Source of the DNA: an uncultured Chloroflexia bacterium
GTDB taxonomy: Bacteria > Chloroflexota > Dehalococcoidia > GIF9 > AB-539-J10
DNA length: 64,000 nt
Direction: 5' to 3'
Assembly: GCA_963769975.1 (NCBI GenBank)
Contig: CAVYNS010000003.1
Coordinates: forward strand, 654,274 to 718,273
The position numbers and the translations under genes are program-made. The notes below the pieces were generated by a model. That model saw nothing but the letters and a program-made list of their open reading frames with translations. It ran no database searches and was not told where the DNA came from. Positions 27,785-37,994 of this stretch are shown piece by piece (position 1 is the stretch's first letter; each line of letters starts with the position of its first letter).

Positions 27785-30097
27785 TCACTTGCCGGGCGGG
27801 CCCTGTTTTTCTGAATTAGTTGCAGAACCCCCCTCCACTGTTTCGTATTCGCGCCCGAAGGATTCTTCTCTCCTCGAACGCCAGACGGCTACAAGTATGA
27901 CTATAATCGCTGCCACCGCTACGCCGACGGTAACCGGTGTGAGTCCCCGCGGCACAATTTGACCGTTCACTACTACCACCATCAGTGCGGCAGCCAGGAC
28001 CGAAACCAGGTTAATGACTTTAATCAGCGGGTTCAAAGCTGGCCCGGCGGTATCCTTAAGCGGGTCACCTACGGTATCGCCTATCACCGCTGCCTTGTGC
28101 GCCTCGGAGCCTTTGCCACCGTATAACCCGTCTTCAATGGACTTCTTGGCATTGTCCCAGGCATTCCCGGTATTTGCCATATATACTGCCAGGAGTTGCC
28201 CCACCAGTATCACCCCTGCCAGGAATCCTGCCAGCGCTTCCAGGCCAAGGAGTAAGCCTATGGCTATGGGTGAAAGGACAGCCAAAAGTGCCGGAGTGAT
28301 CAACTCCCTCTGAGCCGCTCCAGTGCAAATAGAAACCACCCTGGCATAGTCAGGGTCAACTGTGCCTTCCCAGACTCCTTTAACATTGGCAAACTGGTAA
28401 CGCACCTCATTTATAATCTCATGTGCCGCTCTACCCACAGCTCTAATGGTGAGAGAACTGAACAGAAATGGTATGGCACCCCCGATAAGGAAAGCAACGA
28501 AGACCTTCCACTGAATCAAGTCAATTGTTTTAAGCTGATAGTCGGCATAGAAGGCAGCAAATAGAGCCACCGCTGCCAGGACTGCCGAAGCGATAGCAAT
28601 GCACTTGGTGATAGCCTTGGTAGTGTTGCCTACCGCATCCAGGTCATTCAAAGTCTGGCGAGTCTCAGGTTCGAGCTTTGCCATTTCCCCGATGCCATTG
28701 GCATTATCAACCACGGGACCAAAGGTATCCATGGCAATATTATTGCCGGTCAAAGTAAGTAGACCAATGCCGCAAAGAGCTACGCCGTAGAATATGCAGA
28801 GTAAACTTGCTGGCATGCCTGATATCATGTCGAAACCGGGGATACCACTCCGCCACACGATTGCTGAGCCTAAGATGGCTAATGCAATAGCAAGTATAGC
28901 CATAACAGTGCTCTCAAATCCCCAGCCAAACCCGGAGAGGATGACAGTAGCTGGTCCAGTTTTGGTTGATTTGGCGATTTCCTTTACTGGGGCATGTCTG
29001 TCTCCAGTGTAGTAATCGGCGATATAGTTTGTGGCTATGGCTAAGAAGACACCTATCATTATCACCCAGAAGAAACGAAGGTCGTGGCAGTAAAAATGGG
29101 CAAAAAGGAAGGCAGATACACAAGTGATTGCCGCACCGAGCCAGTAAGCACGGTGTATAGCATCCATCGCATTCTCCCCCTTACCACGCCCAACCGTATA
29201 GGTGCTAATAATGGAACCCAGAACGCCGCAAGCCCGTATCAAAAGCGGCAAGATAATCCAGTAAAGGGCGCCAGTGGCAATGGTTAGCAAAATCCCTAAG
29301 ATTAAAGCAGCAACAATGGTAACTTCGTAAGACTCAAAGATATCGGCTGCCATTCCGGCACAGTCACCTACGTTATCGCCAACCTGGTCAGCAATCACTG
29401 CGGCATTTCGGGGGTCATCCTCAGGGATACCCTTTTCTACCTTACCCACCAGGTCAGCCCCGACATCAGCAGCTTTGGTATAAATGCCACCACCAACACG
29501 CATAAACAGGGCAAGTAGCGTGCCGCCGAAACCAAAGCCTATTAGCACCAAGGGAGCATCCTTAAAGAAGATAATGAAGAGTACAGTGCCACCGAGAAGC
29601 CCAAGACCGTCGGTGAGCATGCCGGTTACAGTGCCGGTGCGATAGCCTATCTTGAGAGCCTTGGCAAAACTGCTGCGGGCAGCTTGAGCCACCCTGACAT
29701 TGCCTCGCATCGCCATATTCATACCCAGGTAACCTACCAGGGCCGAGAATAGAGCACCTATCAAGAAGCCACCAGCGCGACCCAGACCGATAACCCAGTT
29801 GGGGTTGTATTTTGATGGAGAAAACCACCCGGTGAAAAATACAAACACTGCTAAGACAAAGAAAATCACGAGTATAGTGCGGAACTGCCGCCTAAGATAA
29901 GCATTGCCGCCAGTGCGGATAGCCATGGATAGACGCTTCATTTTTTCCGTCCCCTCCGGTTCCCTCATGATCTGGCGGTTAAGAAAAGCGGCATAAAGTA
30001 AACCGCATACAGCCACTACTAGGACAGCGATTAAAGCATACTTTTCAAAAGCAGTGGCAACGCCGGTACGGAAGACTTCAAACAGTGTTATGCCCAT
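27785..30097 (-). CDS. hppA: Membrane-bound proton/sodium-translocating pyrophosphatase.
   Basis: 770 aa with about 16 TM helices and V-PPase acidic motifs ('GDNVGDCAGMAADIFESY', 'DTVGDPLKDTAGPALNPLIK'). Confidence 0.9.
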   Translation of the reverse strand: MGITLFEVFRTGVATAFEKYALIAVLVVAVCGLLYAAFLNRQIMREPEGTEKMKRLSMAIRTGGNAYLRRQFRTILVIFFVLAVFVFFTGWFSPSKYNPNWVIGLGRAGGFLIGALFSALVGYLGMNMAMRGNVRVAQAARSSFAKALKIGYRTGTVTGMLTDGLGLLGGTVLFIIFFKDAPLVLIGFGFGGTLLALFMRVGGGIYTKAADVGADLVGKVEKGIPEDDPRNAAVIADQVGDNVGDCAGMAADIFESYEVTIVAALILGILLTIATGALYWIILPLLIRACGVLGSIISTYTVGRGKGENAMDAIHRAYWLGAAITCVSAFLFAHFYCHDLRFFWVIMIGVFLAIATNYIADYYTGDRHAPVKEIAKSTKTGPATVILSGFGWGFESTVMAILAIALAILGSAIVWRSGIPGFDMISGMPASLLCIFYGVALCGIGLLTLTGNNIAMDTFGPVVDNANGIGEMAKLEPETRQTLNDLDAVGNTTKAITKCIAIASAVLAAVALFAAFYADYQLKTIDLIQWKVFVAFLIGGAIPFLFSSLTIRAVGRAAHEIINEVRYQFANVKGVWEGTVDPDYARVVSICTGAAQRELITPALLAVLSPIAIGLLLGLEALAGFLAGVILVGQLLAVYMANTGNAWDNAKKSIEDGLYGGKGSEAHKAAVIGDTVGDPLKDTAGPALNPLIKVINLVSVLAAALMVVVVNGQIVPRGLTPVTVGVAVAAIIVILVAVWRSRREESFGREYETVEGGSATNSEKQGPPGK

Positions 30098-30107
30098 TAG
30101 CTAAACC

Positions 30108-30300
30108 TCCTGGGATGAGCCATCCCTTGACCATCAACGAAATGCGGTGGGTTAATAACTTCGTTTTCAGTTACCATTCCTTTCGCCAGGCCCAATTGTA
30201 TTTCCCTTGCTCGAGCAACGCTCATTTCTCACCAATGTAATGCATGCGCTCTCATACCTTGAATTACAAGTCTTGGATTATAAAGCATTTCACTTTAATT
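30108..30300 (-). pseudogene. Degraded duplicate of the nfi 5' end, about 75-80% identical with an internal deletion. It would read 'MRAHALHW*'.
   Basis: 30108-30138 matches 27175-27205 at 29/31. 30143-30300 matches nfi 27422-27575 including the start codon region. Confidence 0.6.
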
Positions 30301-30366
30301 GTAAATCGTCAGGCTAAGCCAAAACCATTGACAAACATCAGCATTTAAGAGATAATCACTTTTTAA

Positions 30367-30636
30367 ATGGTTAAAATCAGATTACGCCGTATGGGGAGGA
30401 GAAACAGACCATTCTACCGAGTGGTAATAGCCGATATTCGCTCTCCCCGTGATGGTAAATTTATTGAGATTATCGGCCATTACAATCCCTTGACTGACCC
30501 CGCAACTATCAGCATTGATGAAGAAAAAGCTTTGAAGTGGCTTAGATATGGAGCTCAGCCTACAGATACTGTGCGCAGCTTGCTCAGCAAACTAGGCATT
30601 ATGGATAAAGTTAAGCCGACCTCAGGCCAAAACTAA
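30367..30636 (+). CDS. rpsP: 30S ribosomal protein S16.
   Basis: '[20 protein letters not shown]' is a canonical S16 N-terminus. Confidence 0.9.
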   Translation: MVKIRLRRMGRRNRPFYRVVIADIRSPRDGKFIEIIGHYNPLTDPATISIDEEKALKWLRYGAQPTDTVRSLLSKLGIMDKVKPTSGQN

Positions 30637-30653
30637 CTATTTAAGGAGGCGAA

Positions 30654-30881
30654 ATGAAAGACCTGCTGGAATACATTATTAAATCCATTGTGGCACAACC
30701 TGATGCAGTAAAGATCACCGAGGAAAATAGTGAGGAGGGCTTACTAATTAAATTAGAGGTTGCTCCCGATGACAAGGGAAGAGTCATCGGCAGACAAGGT
30801 CGCGTAGCTCAAGCACTACGGACGCTACTTCGAGTAAAAGCAGCGAAAGAAGATAAAAGAGTCAGACTGGAAATAGTATAA
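30654..30881 (+). CDS. KH-domain RNA-binding protein (UPF0109), in the usual position after rpsP.
   Basis: 'GRVIGRQGRVAQALR' GXXG KH motif. It sits directly downstream of rpsP, the conserved operon position. Confidence 0.8.
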   Translation: MKDLLEYIIKSIVAQPDAVKITEENSEEGLLIKLEVAPDDKGRVIGRQGRVAQALRTLLRVKAAKEDKRVRLEIV

Positions 30882-31133
30882 TTAGGATTGATAATAGCCA
30901 ATTCTCAAGGGCCGTCAATCCTAGATTTTATGCACAGCCTTAGTCACAGTTCTGGAGGAGGCTGGCAATCTTTGCCAAAGGGATTTTGAATCCGTGATAG
31001 TGGTTTCTGCCTTTATTAAACTTAATCTTTGAGTCCCACCACAGATGTGATGCCATTTTCTTGACCCTTAGCCTTAGTGATGGAACCTCTTTTTTAAAAT
31101 TCCGCTCCAGGGTCGTACCATCGTAAAGCTTTT

Positions 31134-31162
31134 TGACAATTTTTTCTGCACCATCTAAAATA
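31134..31162 (+). promoter_or_regulatory. Candidate sigma70 promoter for the acyl-CoA dehydrogenase pair: TTGACA, 17 nt, TAAAAT.
   Basis: TTGACA at 31134-31139 and TAAAAT at 31157-31162, with the ATG at 31218 preceded by AAAGGAGG. Confidence 0.4.
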
Positions 31163-31217
31163 AGGCGCACACTCGAACGGCATTGCCATAATATTTTCAA
31201 ACTCAAAGGAGGTTTAT

Positions 31218-32402
31218 ATGGACCTTGCACTTACAGATGAACAAAAAGTTCGCAAACAAGCGTTCTCCGACGTATGTAAAGAACTCGAAAAAAGGAAACC
31301 ACCAAGCTATTGTGGGGGTGAGACCATCTATGAAGATGACGAGTCTTGGAAGTACAACCTATATTGTGCCAAGGAATTTGCCAAAAGGGGATGGCTTGCC
31401 TTGGGCTGGCCACCCGAATACGATGGCAAAGGCGACATGATGGACCGCGTCCTCTTTGCCGAAGCCAGAGGGTACTATGGCATTCCTGGGGTAGATATTT
31501 TTGGAGTGCAAATGCTTGCCCCGACCTTATTGCAGGCGGCAAGTGAAGAAATAAAGAGAAAATTCCTGCCACCTATTGCCCGGGGAGAGGTTATGTGGTG
31601 TGAGCTATGGAGTGAACCCAATGCCGGCTCAGACCTTGCCTCTCTGTCTACAACAGCAATAAAAAAGGGCGACGAGTACATTATAAATGGCCAGAAGACC
31701 TGGAACACCGGCGCTCACAAAGGTGACTGGGGCTTTGGCGTATTCAAGACAGACCCGGCTGCTAAAAAACATCACAATATGACCTTCATTCTCCTCGATA
31801 TGAAGACGCCAGGGATCACGGTAAGGCCAATTCCTTACCTGGATGGCGAGGCTCCTTATTGCGAGGTTTATTTTGACGATGTTCATGTGCCAGCCAAAAA
31901 TATTGTCGGCCAGGAACACGAAGGCTGGGCTGTTGTAAATCTTTTGGCTGGTTTCGAGAGATCCGGCATAAGCGAAATCATGACCATGATCCGTGGGCTA
32001 GAAGATTTAGTAACATTTTGCAACAAGACTAAGCGACATGGACAACCACTGTCTAAGAACCCGCTTGTCCGTAATCGGCTGGCTGAGCTAGCCTGCGAAT
32101 TAGAGGCAGCCCGCGCTCTGGCATACCGTGTCGCTGATTTACAAAACAGAAACGAAATGTCTCTGATGGATGCCTCGGCAGGTAAGATTTTCTTCAGTGA
32201 ACTAGGCGAGCGCTTTGCTTTCGTGGCTACAGACATTTTAGGTCCCTATGGACAGGTCAAGGCTTCCCGATGGGCTCCTTTAGACGGGGTATGGGAGAGG
32301 ATGTTCCACGAACATTTCATAACCACCGTATCCATGGGAACAAATGAGATACAAAGGAATATCATCGCCTGGTATGGCCTCGGTTTACCCAGAATAAGAT
32401 AA
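31218..32402 (+). CDS. Acyl-CoA dehydrogenase family protein. It lacks the C-terminal YEGT glutamate but has an IVD-type 'FER' glutamate.
   Basis: ACAD fold motifs are present. C-terminal 'SMGTNEIQRNIIA' aligns to 'YEGTxxIQRLIIA' with Glu replaced by Met. 'LAGFERSG' aligns to IVD 'LDLERLV' by eye. Confidence 0.8.
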   Translation: MDLALTDEQKVRKQAFSDVCKELEKRKPPSYCGGETIYEDDESWKYNLYCAKEFAKRGWLALGWPPEYDGKGDMMDRVLFAEARGYYGIPGVDIFGVQMLAPTLLQAASEEIKRKFLPPIARGEVMWCELWSEPNAGSDLASLSTTAIKKGDEYIINGQKTWNTGAHKGDWGFGVFKTDPAAKKHHNMTFILLDMKTPGITVRPIPYLDGEAPYCEVYFDDVHVPAKNIVGQEHEGWAVVNLLAGFERSGISEIMTMIRGLEDLVTFCNKTKRHGQPLSKNPLVRNRLAELACELEAARALAYRVADLQNRNEMSLMDASAGKIFFSELGERFAFVATDILGPYGQVKASRWAPLDGVWERMFHEHFITTVSMGTNEIQRNIIAWYGLGLPRIR

Positions 32403-32426
32403 ACCAAGCTTCGATAAGGAGGAATC

Positions 32427-33560
32427 ATGGACCTTAGATTTACTGAAACACAAGAAATATTAAAGAAGATGGCGCGGGATTTTCTTACTACAGAATGTCC
32501 TAAGACTCTGGTAAGAAAACTCGAACAAACTAAGGAGGGATACTCTCCCGAACTCTGGAAGAAGATGGCTGAGCTGGGTTGGATGGGCCTAATTATACCT
32601 GAAGAATACGGCGGTATGGGTTATACCTTCCAGGACCTTGTTGTTCTCCTGGAGGAGATAGGCAGAAATATTCTTCCTGGACCATTAATAGCTACCATAA
32701 CCAACACTTTCCCCATACTCCAGGCGGGAACTGAGGAGCAAAAGAAAGAATTACTTCCCAAGATAGCGCGAGGTGAATTAATTCTTACCACGGCTCTCCT
32801 CGAAGCTGATGGCATCTTCGATGCTTCCGGAATCGCTGTTAAGGCAGCGCCAAAAGGCAATGACTTTGTAATAAACGGTACAAAGCTCTTCGTGGAAATG
32901 GCTCATGTTGCCAACTATATCCTCTGTGTCACAAGGACAAAAGATGGCACCGCGCCCGAGAAGGGAATCACCCTTTTTATTGTCGACTCCAAAACTCCGG
33001 GAATAAGTTGTGAGGTAATACCTACCACCGCTGCAGATAAGCTATGCGAAGTGCGTTTTAAGGACGTCAGTGTGCCCAAGAAAAATATACTTGGCAAGAT
33101 AGACGAGGGATGGCCCATTGTGGAAATGATGTTGCGCAAAGGCGCCATCGCTAAATGTGCTGAATCCATAGGTGGTATAGAGACCTGTGTAGAAATGACC
33201 GTGGCGTATTCCAAAGAAAGGGTTCAATATGAGAGGCCCATAGGTTCTTTCCAAGCACTTCAACACAAGATGGCTGATATGTGGACGGCGATGGAAACCA
33301 GCCGCTATCTTGTTTACGAGGTAGCCTGGATGGAGTCGGAGGGCCTTCCCTGCGCTAAGGAAGCCTCTATGGCAAAGGCATATGTCAACGAGGTCTACAA
33401 GGATGTTAGCAAGTGGGCAGTAAGACTACACGGGGCAATCGCTACCAGTGCTGACCACGATATACCCCTTTATTACCGCAGAAGCAAGGCCGCAGATATT
33501 GCTTTTGGCAACACGGACTTCCACAGGGAGATAGTGGCCCAGAAAATTGGACTGGTCTGA
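32427..33560 (+). CDS. Acyl-CoA dehydrogenase family protein with neither canonical catalytic glutamate position conserved, a possible non-catalytic partner subunit.
   Basis: C-terminal 'IAFGNTDFHREIVA' has Glu replaced by Phe. 'MLRKGAIA' has no Glu at the IVD-type position. It lies 24 nt after the previous ACAD. Confidence 0.75.
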   Translation: MDLRFTETQEILKKMARDFLTTECPKTLVRKLEQTKEGYSPELWKKMAELGWMGLIIPEEYGGMGYTFQDLVVLLEEIGRNILPGPLIATITNTFPILQAGTEEQKKELLPKIARGELILTTALLEADGIFDASGIAVKAAPKGNDFVINGTKLFVEMAHVANYILCVTRTKDGTAPEKGITLFIVDSKTPGISCEVIPTTAADKLCEVRFKDVSVPKKNILGKIDEGWPIVEMMLRKGAIAKCAESIGGIETCVEMTVAYSKERVQYERPIGSFQALQHKMADMWTAMETSRYLVYEVAWMESEGLPCAKEASMAKAYVNEVYKDVSKWAVRLHGAIATSADHDIPLYYRRSKAADIAFGNTDFHREIVAQKIGLV

Positions 33561-33709
33561 AACCCAGTCCTACATAAGTAGCTTATTAGCTCTCATCTGT
33601 GCGGAACGGAGTTTTTGTTAGTCTGCGTTTGATGTTGTCTGGCGACTCCAGAAATTTGAGGTCGGATACTCTATCCGATAAAGTTGGCGATTGGTGGTGG
33701 CGACAGAGT

Positions 33710-35161
33710 CTAGGGGTTGCGACACTGAGCCTTGTACCTGTACAAATTGGATAGAGCCTTGATTGAGGCACCAAGCGCGGGATATACAGGGAATCGCTCG
33801 CTCTCAAAAGCCTTTTTAGCCAGCAAGTGATACATTCTGTCCTTTTCATCTTCCGAATAGGCATCGAGTGAAACGCAAATCATTATGGTCTTGCCCCTTT
33901 CATCTCGAGCATATCTACACCCTTGGACCATAATCTTAACAAGTTCCTTCAGGAAGTTTTCAGTTGCTTCTCCTAACACAAGCCGCAGGTAACGCACTTC
34001 GTCAAAATGCACCACTATTGAATCAATATTCCTATCGTGAGATAAGGTTTTGATAGCATCTGCAAGTGTCCCTGTTATTCCGGGCATGTTATAAAATATT
34101 GGCCAAGCGTCCAAGGGATTATTTATGCTTGTTCCCGCTAGCGGAACCATTTTGCGCAATTCAGCTATTGTTTCCTTCGTGAATTGAGGGACTTCCAGTC
34201 CTGCTTTCACACATAAATCAGTTTCAAGCACGCTAAAACCACCGGAGTTGGTGATAATAGCGGTCCCCTTCCCTGAAGGGAGTGGAACACAGGACAATGC
34301 CAAAGCGGTATCTAGCAGTTCGTCAAAGTCCTCCACCTGGATTACCCCGGCTTGTCTAAAGAGTGAACTCCAGATTTCTGGCGAACCGGCTAATGAGCCT
34401 GTGTGAGAAGATGCTGCCCGGCGGCCATGTTCAGTTACTCCACCTTTGAGTGCCAGTACCGGCTTGAGTCTTGCAGCTTCGATCATCGCTGCTTTAAGAC
34501 GTTTACCGTTTTTTGTTCCTTCTATATATAAAGCTATAACCTTGGTTTCGGAGTCATGCGCCAAGTACTCCAAGAAGTCGGGACAGTCGAGGTCTATGGC
34601 ATTCCCGTAGCTGATAACCTTACTGAATTTTACATTCCTTAGCTTACCGATGGACAAGAATTGCTCGGCAAAGGTGCCGCTTTGTGAAATTACCCCAACC
34701 GGACCTTCCTCAGTTGAGACATCGGGAATAAAAGCTAAGCCAGACTTAGGACAACATATTCCCATGCAGTTAGGACCAATTAAGCTAACTTTACCTCTGG
34801 CTATCTTCTGCACTTCGTCTTCTAAAATTTTCCTTTCTTCTACTCCAGTTTCACTGAAACCAGCTGTAAAGACATGGACCGCTTTTACGCCTTTTCCTAT
34901 ACATTCGGCTAATACTCTGGGTACAAGTAATGCCGGCACTGCTATGATGACATAGTCAATCTCACCTTTTATATCTAAGATACTGGCGTAGCATCTCTTA
35001 CCATGGAGTTCTTTATACTTGGGATTAACCAAGAACAGACTGTCTCTGAGTTTTGTGCCCATTAAAGCCTGTGAGAAGCCATCGCTGTCGGAAGCTCCTA
35101 TCACAGCTACTGTTCTTGGGTTGAAAATATACTCGAACTTTCGCAATCTCTCTTCTTTCAA
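33710..35161 (-). CDS. NDP-forming acyl-CoA synthetase alpha-subunit-like protein (CoA-binding Rossmann domain plus succinyl-CoA-synthetase-like domain with a phospho-His loop).
   Basis: 'VAVIGASDSDG' CoA-binding motif and the 'SSHTGSLAGS' histidine loop. There is no ATP-grasp beta domain. Confidence 0.7.
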   Translation of the reverse strand: MKEERLRKFEYIFNPRTVAVIGASDSDGFSQALMGTKLRDSLFLVNPKYKELHGKRCYASILDIKGEIDYVIIAVPALLVPRVLAECIGKGVKAVHVFTAGFSETGVEERKILEDEVQKIARGKVSLIGPNCMGICCPKSGLAFIPDVSTEEGPVGVISQSGTFAEQFLSIGKLRNVKFSKVISYGNAIDLDCPDFLEYLAHDSETKVIALYIEGTKNGKRLKAAMIEAARLKPVLALKGGVTEHGRRAASSHTGSLAGSPEIWSSLFRQAGVIQVEDFDELLDTALALSCVPLPSGKGTAIITNSGGFSVLETDLCVKAGLEVPQFTKETIAELRKMVPLAGTSINNPLDAWPIFYNMPGITGTLADAIKTLSHDRNIDSIVVHFDEVRYLRLVLGEATENFLKELVKIMVQGCRYARDERGKTIMICVSLDAYSEDEKDRMYHLLAKKAFESERFPVYPALGASIKALSNLYRYKAQCRNP

Positions 35162-35430
35162 TACAAGCCTCCTAATTACGATGTGAATCGAGAAATTTTA
35201 GACTGGGTTACGATTAAGTTGTAGCAAAAGCATTATGCAATTATTTGGTTTTCCCAAAATCTAAATAATTTACCATATCTTGATTAGCCTATCAAATACA
35301 CTTTTTGAAAAAGCCACCAAATAGCTTCCCAGAGGAAATCTCCAAGCTCAAAGTAACATTTACAATCCATAAACTCTCTGTTATACTTCCAGATTCGCCT
35401 GAACTAACAAAACATTACTTAGTAAGGAGT

Positions 35431-36864
35431 ATGAAGAATATGCCTCAGCATAACTTAGACTTCCTTTTCCACCCTAATTCGATCGCCCTTGTTGGCATCA
35501 CAACTGCCGAGACCTGGCACTGGACGCTAACTTTCCTAGAGGGCCTTATCGAAATTGAATTCGACCGCCCCCTCTATCTCGTTAATCCCAAGGGAGGGGA
35601 GATCAAAGGTCATAAGGTTTATGTCAGTCTCAAAGATGTCCCTGGCAACATCGACTACGTAATCGGCTTAGTTAACGCCCAGATTGCTCCCAAGCTTGTG
35701 GAAGAATGTGCCGAAAAAGGGGTACGAGCAATTCACTTCTGTACAGCGGGCTTTAGTGAGACCGGTGAGGAACAGAGAATAAAGCTGGAATCTGAACTGG
35801 CGGAAGTCGCCCGCAGGAAGGGGATCAGGATTATCGGCCCTAACTGTATGGGCATTTACTGCCCCCAATCACACCTGTCCTTCAGTCCAGCTTTCCCCAA
35901 AGAAAGCGGCCCGGTGGGAGTCATTAGTCAAAGCGGTGGCAATTCCATCTATTTGGTCAGGCAAGCAGCATTGCGAGGCATTCGCTTCAGCAAGGTCATA
36001 AGCTACGGCAACGCATGTGACATAAATGAAAGTGATTTGCTCGAATATCTTGCTCATGATACAGATACTAAAATAATAGCCCTTTACATCGAGGGAATTA
36101 AGGATGGGAAACGATTCCGCAGGACTCTGGAGGAGGCAACCAAGGAAAAAACAGTGATATTGCTTAAGGGTGGGGCTACCGAGGGAGGCGCTCGAGCAGC
36201 CGCCGGCCATACTGCGTCACTCGCAGGAAGTCGGACCACTTGGGATGCCCTCTGCAAGCAATTGGGAATCATCAGTGTTAGCAGCATCGAAGAAATGATC
36301 GATGTACTTGTCACACTTCTGTTCTTGCCACTTCCTAGAGGCAGGAATACATTATTATTCGGTGCTGGAGGTGGAGCCAGCGTCCTAATCGCCGATGAGT
36401 TTGAAAACAGAGGGTTAAGAGTCCCTCCAATCCCCCCGGAGATCGTTGCTCAGATACGGGAGTTTACTCCCATCGCGGGCAATATCTTGCGAAATCCTGT
36501 GGATTATTCACAAGCCATGATGAACCTTGAGGGCGTAATCAAAACCTTCGATATATTATCAAGATGGGATGGGTCTGACTTCCTAGTTACGTTTGTCAGG
36601 ACAGGTCAATTCACAACGTCTCTGATTTCAGAAAACCACCTAGACTTGTTAATGAGTAGGTTTTCCATAAAGCAGGGCCTTCTTCCCAAGCCAGTAGCCA
36701 TGGTGCTTGAACCCAGTATTGTGCCCAAAGAGGCTGAGGCCATTCTGACTGCTATCCGTGGCTGTATTTCGTCCGGGTTGCCTGTGTACTATTCCTTTGC
36801 TGCCGCCGCCAATGCCATCAACTTAGTACTAAACCACGCCGAGAAGCAGGCCAAAAAGCCTTAG
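35431..36864 (+). CDS. NDP-forming acyl-CoA synthetase alpha-subunit-like protein, paralog of 33710-35161 and divergently oriented. The start is at the internal ATG with an AAGGAG RBS.
   Basis: 'IALVGITTAE' and the 'AAGHTASLAGS' histidine loop. The track ORF start 35305 adds 42 aa with no RBS. Confidence 0.7.
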   Translation: MKNMPQHNLDFLFHPNSIALVGITTAETWHWTLTFLEGLIEIEFDRPLYLVNPKGGEIKGHKVYVSLKDVPGNIDYVIGLVNAQIAPKLVEECAEKGVRAIHFCTAGFSETGEEQRIKLESELAEVARRKGIRIIGPNCMGIYCPQSHLSFSPAFPKESGPVGVISQSGGNSIYLVRQAALRGIRFSKVISYGNACDINESDLLEYLAHDTDTKIIALYIEGIKDGKRFRRTLEEATKEKTVILLKGGATEGGARAAAGHTASLAGSRTTWDALCKQLGIISVSSIEEMIDVLVTLLFLPLPRGRNTLLFGAGGGASVLIADEFENRGLRVPPIPPEIVAQIREFTPIAGNILRNPVDYSQAMMNLEGVIKTFDILSRWDGSDFLVTFVRTGQFTTSLISENHLDLLMSRFSIKQGLLPKPVAMVLEPSIVPKEAEAILTAIRGCISSGLPVYYSFAAAANAINLVLNHAEKQAKKP

Positions 36865-37066
36865 GCGGAGACTCGAGTAGCTACTCTTAATTACGGTTGC
36901 CGGGCTGGCCAGAGTATAATACCAAAAGGAAAGGTAACAGCAATGGAGAAAAGCTCTATTATATCTCCCAAAATTCAAACACCCCAAAATGAAGGCTTTG
37001 AACTTTAAGTTAAGTACTTAGATTTGCTCAGGATTTAGTGTTTAGAGTTGGGGACTTAAGGTGGGT

Positions 37067-37867
37067 ATGTCTCGGAATTATCAAACGCAAGGCATCGTCT
37101 TAAAACAAACTAAGTTGGGCGAATTCGACAAAATTGTCACTATCTATACCCCAGAATTTGGCAAGTTACGGGCAGTAGCTAAGGGAGCTTGTCGTCCCAA
37201 GAGCAAATTAGGCGGCAACGTAGAACCACTGACGCATAGCTTAATGTTGTTAGCTAAAGGACGTAATCTCGATATTATTACCCAAAGTCAAACGATAAAT
37301 GGTTTCCTGGCTTTGAAAAGCGATTTATGGCGCATGGCTTGTGGTCTTTACATCTTAGAGCTTATTGACTCCTTTACTGTTGAGGGCAGCGAGAATCGTC
37401 CTTTGTTTGATTTATTTCTGGATATCCTAAACCAGTTGAGCGAGCCGGACGGCAATGAGACTGTATTGCGTTATTTTGAGTTGCATCTTCTTCACCACCT
37501 TGGCTACCGTCCTCAGTTGCACCGATGTGTTAGCTGTGATTCGCCCCTCAAACCGGTAGTCAATTTTTTCAGCCCCAGCAAAGGAGGGCTCTTGTGCCCA
37601 CATTGTAATTCTGAGGAAGACCACCTTTACGAGCAAACCGAAGCAACTGCATCAAAACCTTCCATTCCTCTTTCAGTCGGGGCTTTGAAGGTTCTTCGTT
37701 TGTGGCAAAGCTGCGACTATGCTACTGCAAGACGGGTCAAAGTAAAACCAGAATTATCCTGGGAGTTAGAGCGAGTACTGTGCGAATATATAAGATATAT
37801 TTTGCAACGAGAGCTTAAATCATTGACCTGGCTAAAAGAGTTAAAAGGGAAAATTGCCGCCATGTAA
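37067..37867 (+). CDS. recO: DNA repair protein RecO.
   Basis: N-terminal OB fold 'GIVLKQTKLGEFDKIVTIYT' and the C4 zinc finger 'CVSCDS...CPHC'. Confidence 0.8.
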   Translation: MSRNYQTQGIVLKQTKLGEFDKIVTIYTPEFGKLRAVAKGACRPKSKLGGNVEPLTHSLMLLAKGRNLDIITQSQTINGFLALKSDLWRMACGLYILELIDSFTVEGSENRPLFDLFLDILNQLSEPDGNETVLRYFELHLLHHLGYRPQLHRCVSCDSPLKPVVNFFSPSKGGLLCPHCNSEEDHLYEQTEATASKPSIPLSVGALKVLRLWQSCDYATARRVKVKPELSWELERVLCEYIRYILQRELKSLTWLKELKGKIAAM

Positions 37868-37994
37868 ACGGTTAAGCATAATCAGGATTGATTTGCCCAT
37901 TCATACATCTCTTCATAAAATCGCAATTAACCTTTCTATATCAAATCACAGTGGAAGTTCAAAGGATGTTTAGGCTATACTTTGCAATAGGTTT

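Noticed and set aside
30940-31230. 96-aa minus-strand ORF in the rpsP-KH / ACAD intergenic region.
   Set aside because: It has no RBS, overlaps the ACAD start and RBS, has no recognisable domain, and the same region holds a good plus-strand promoter for the ACAD operon. It is probably spurious.
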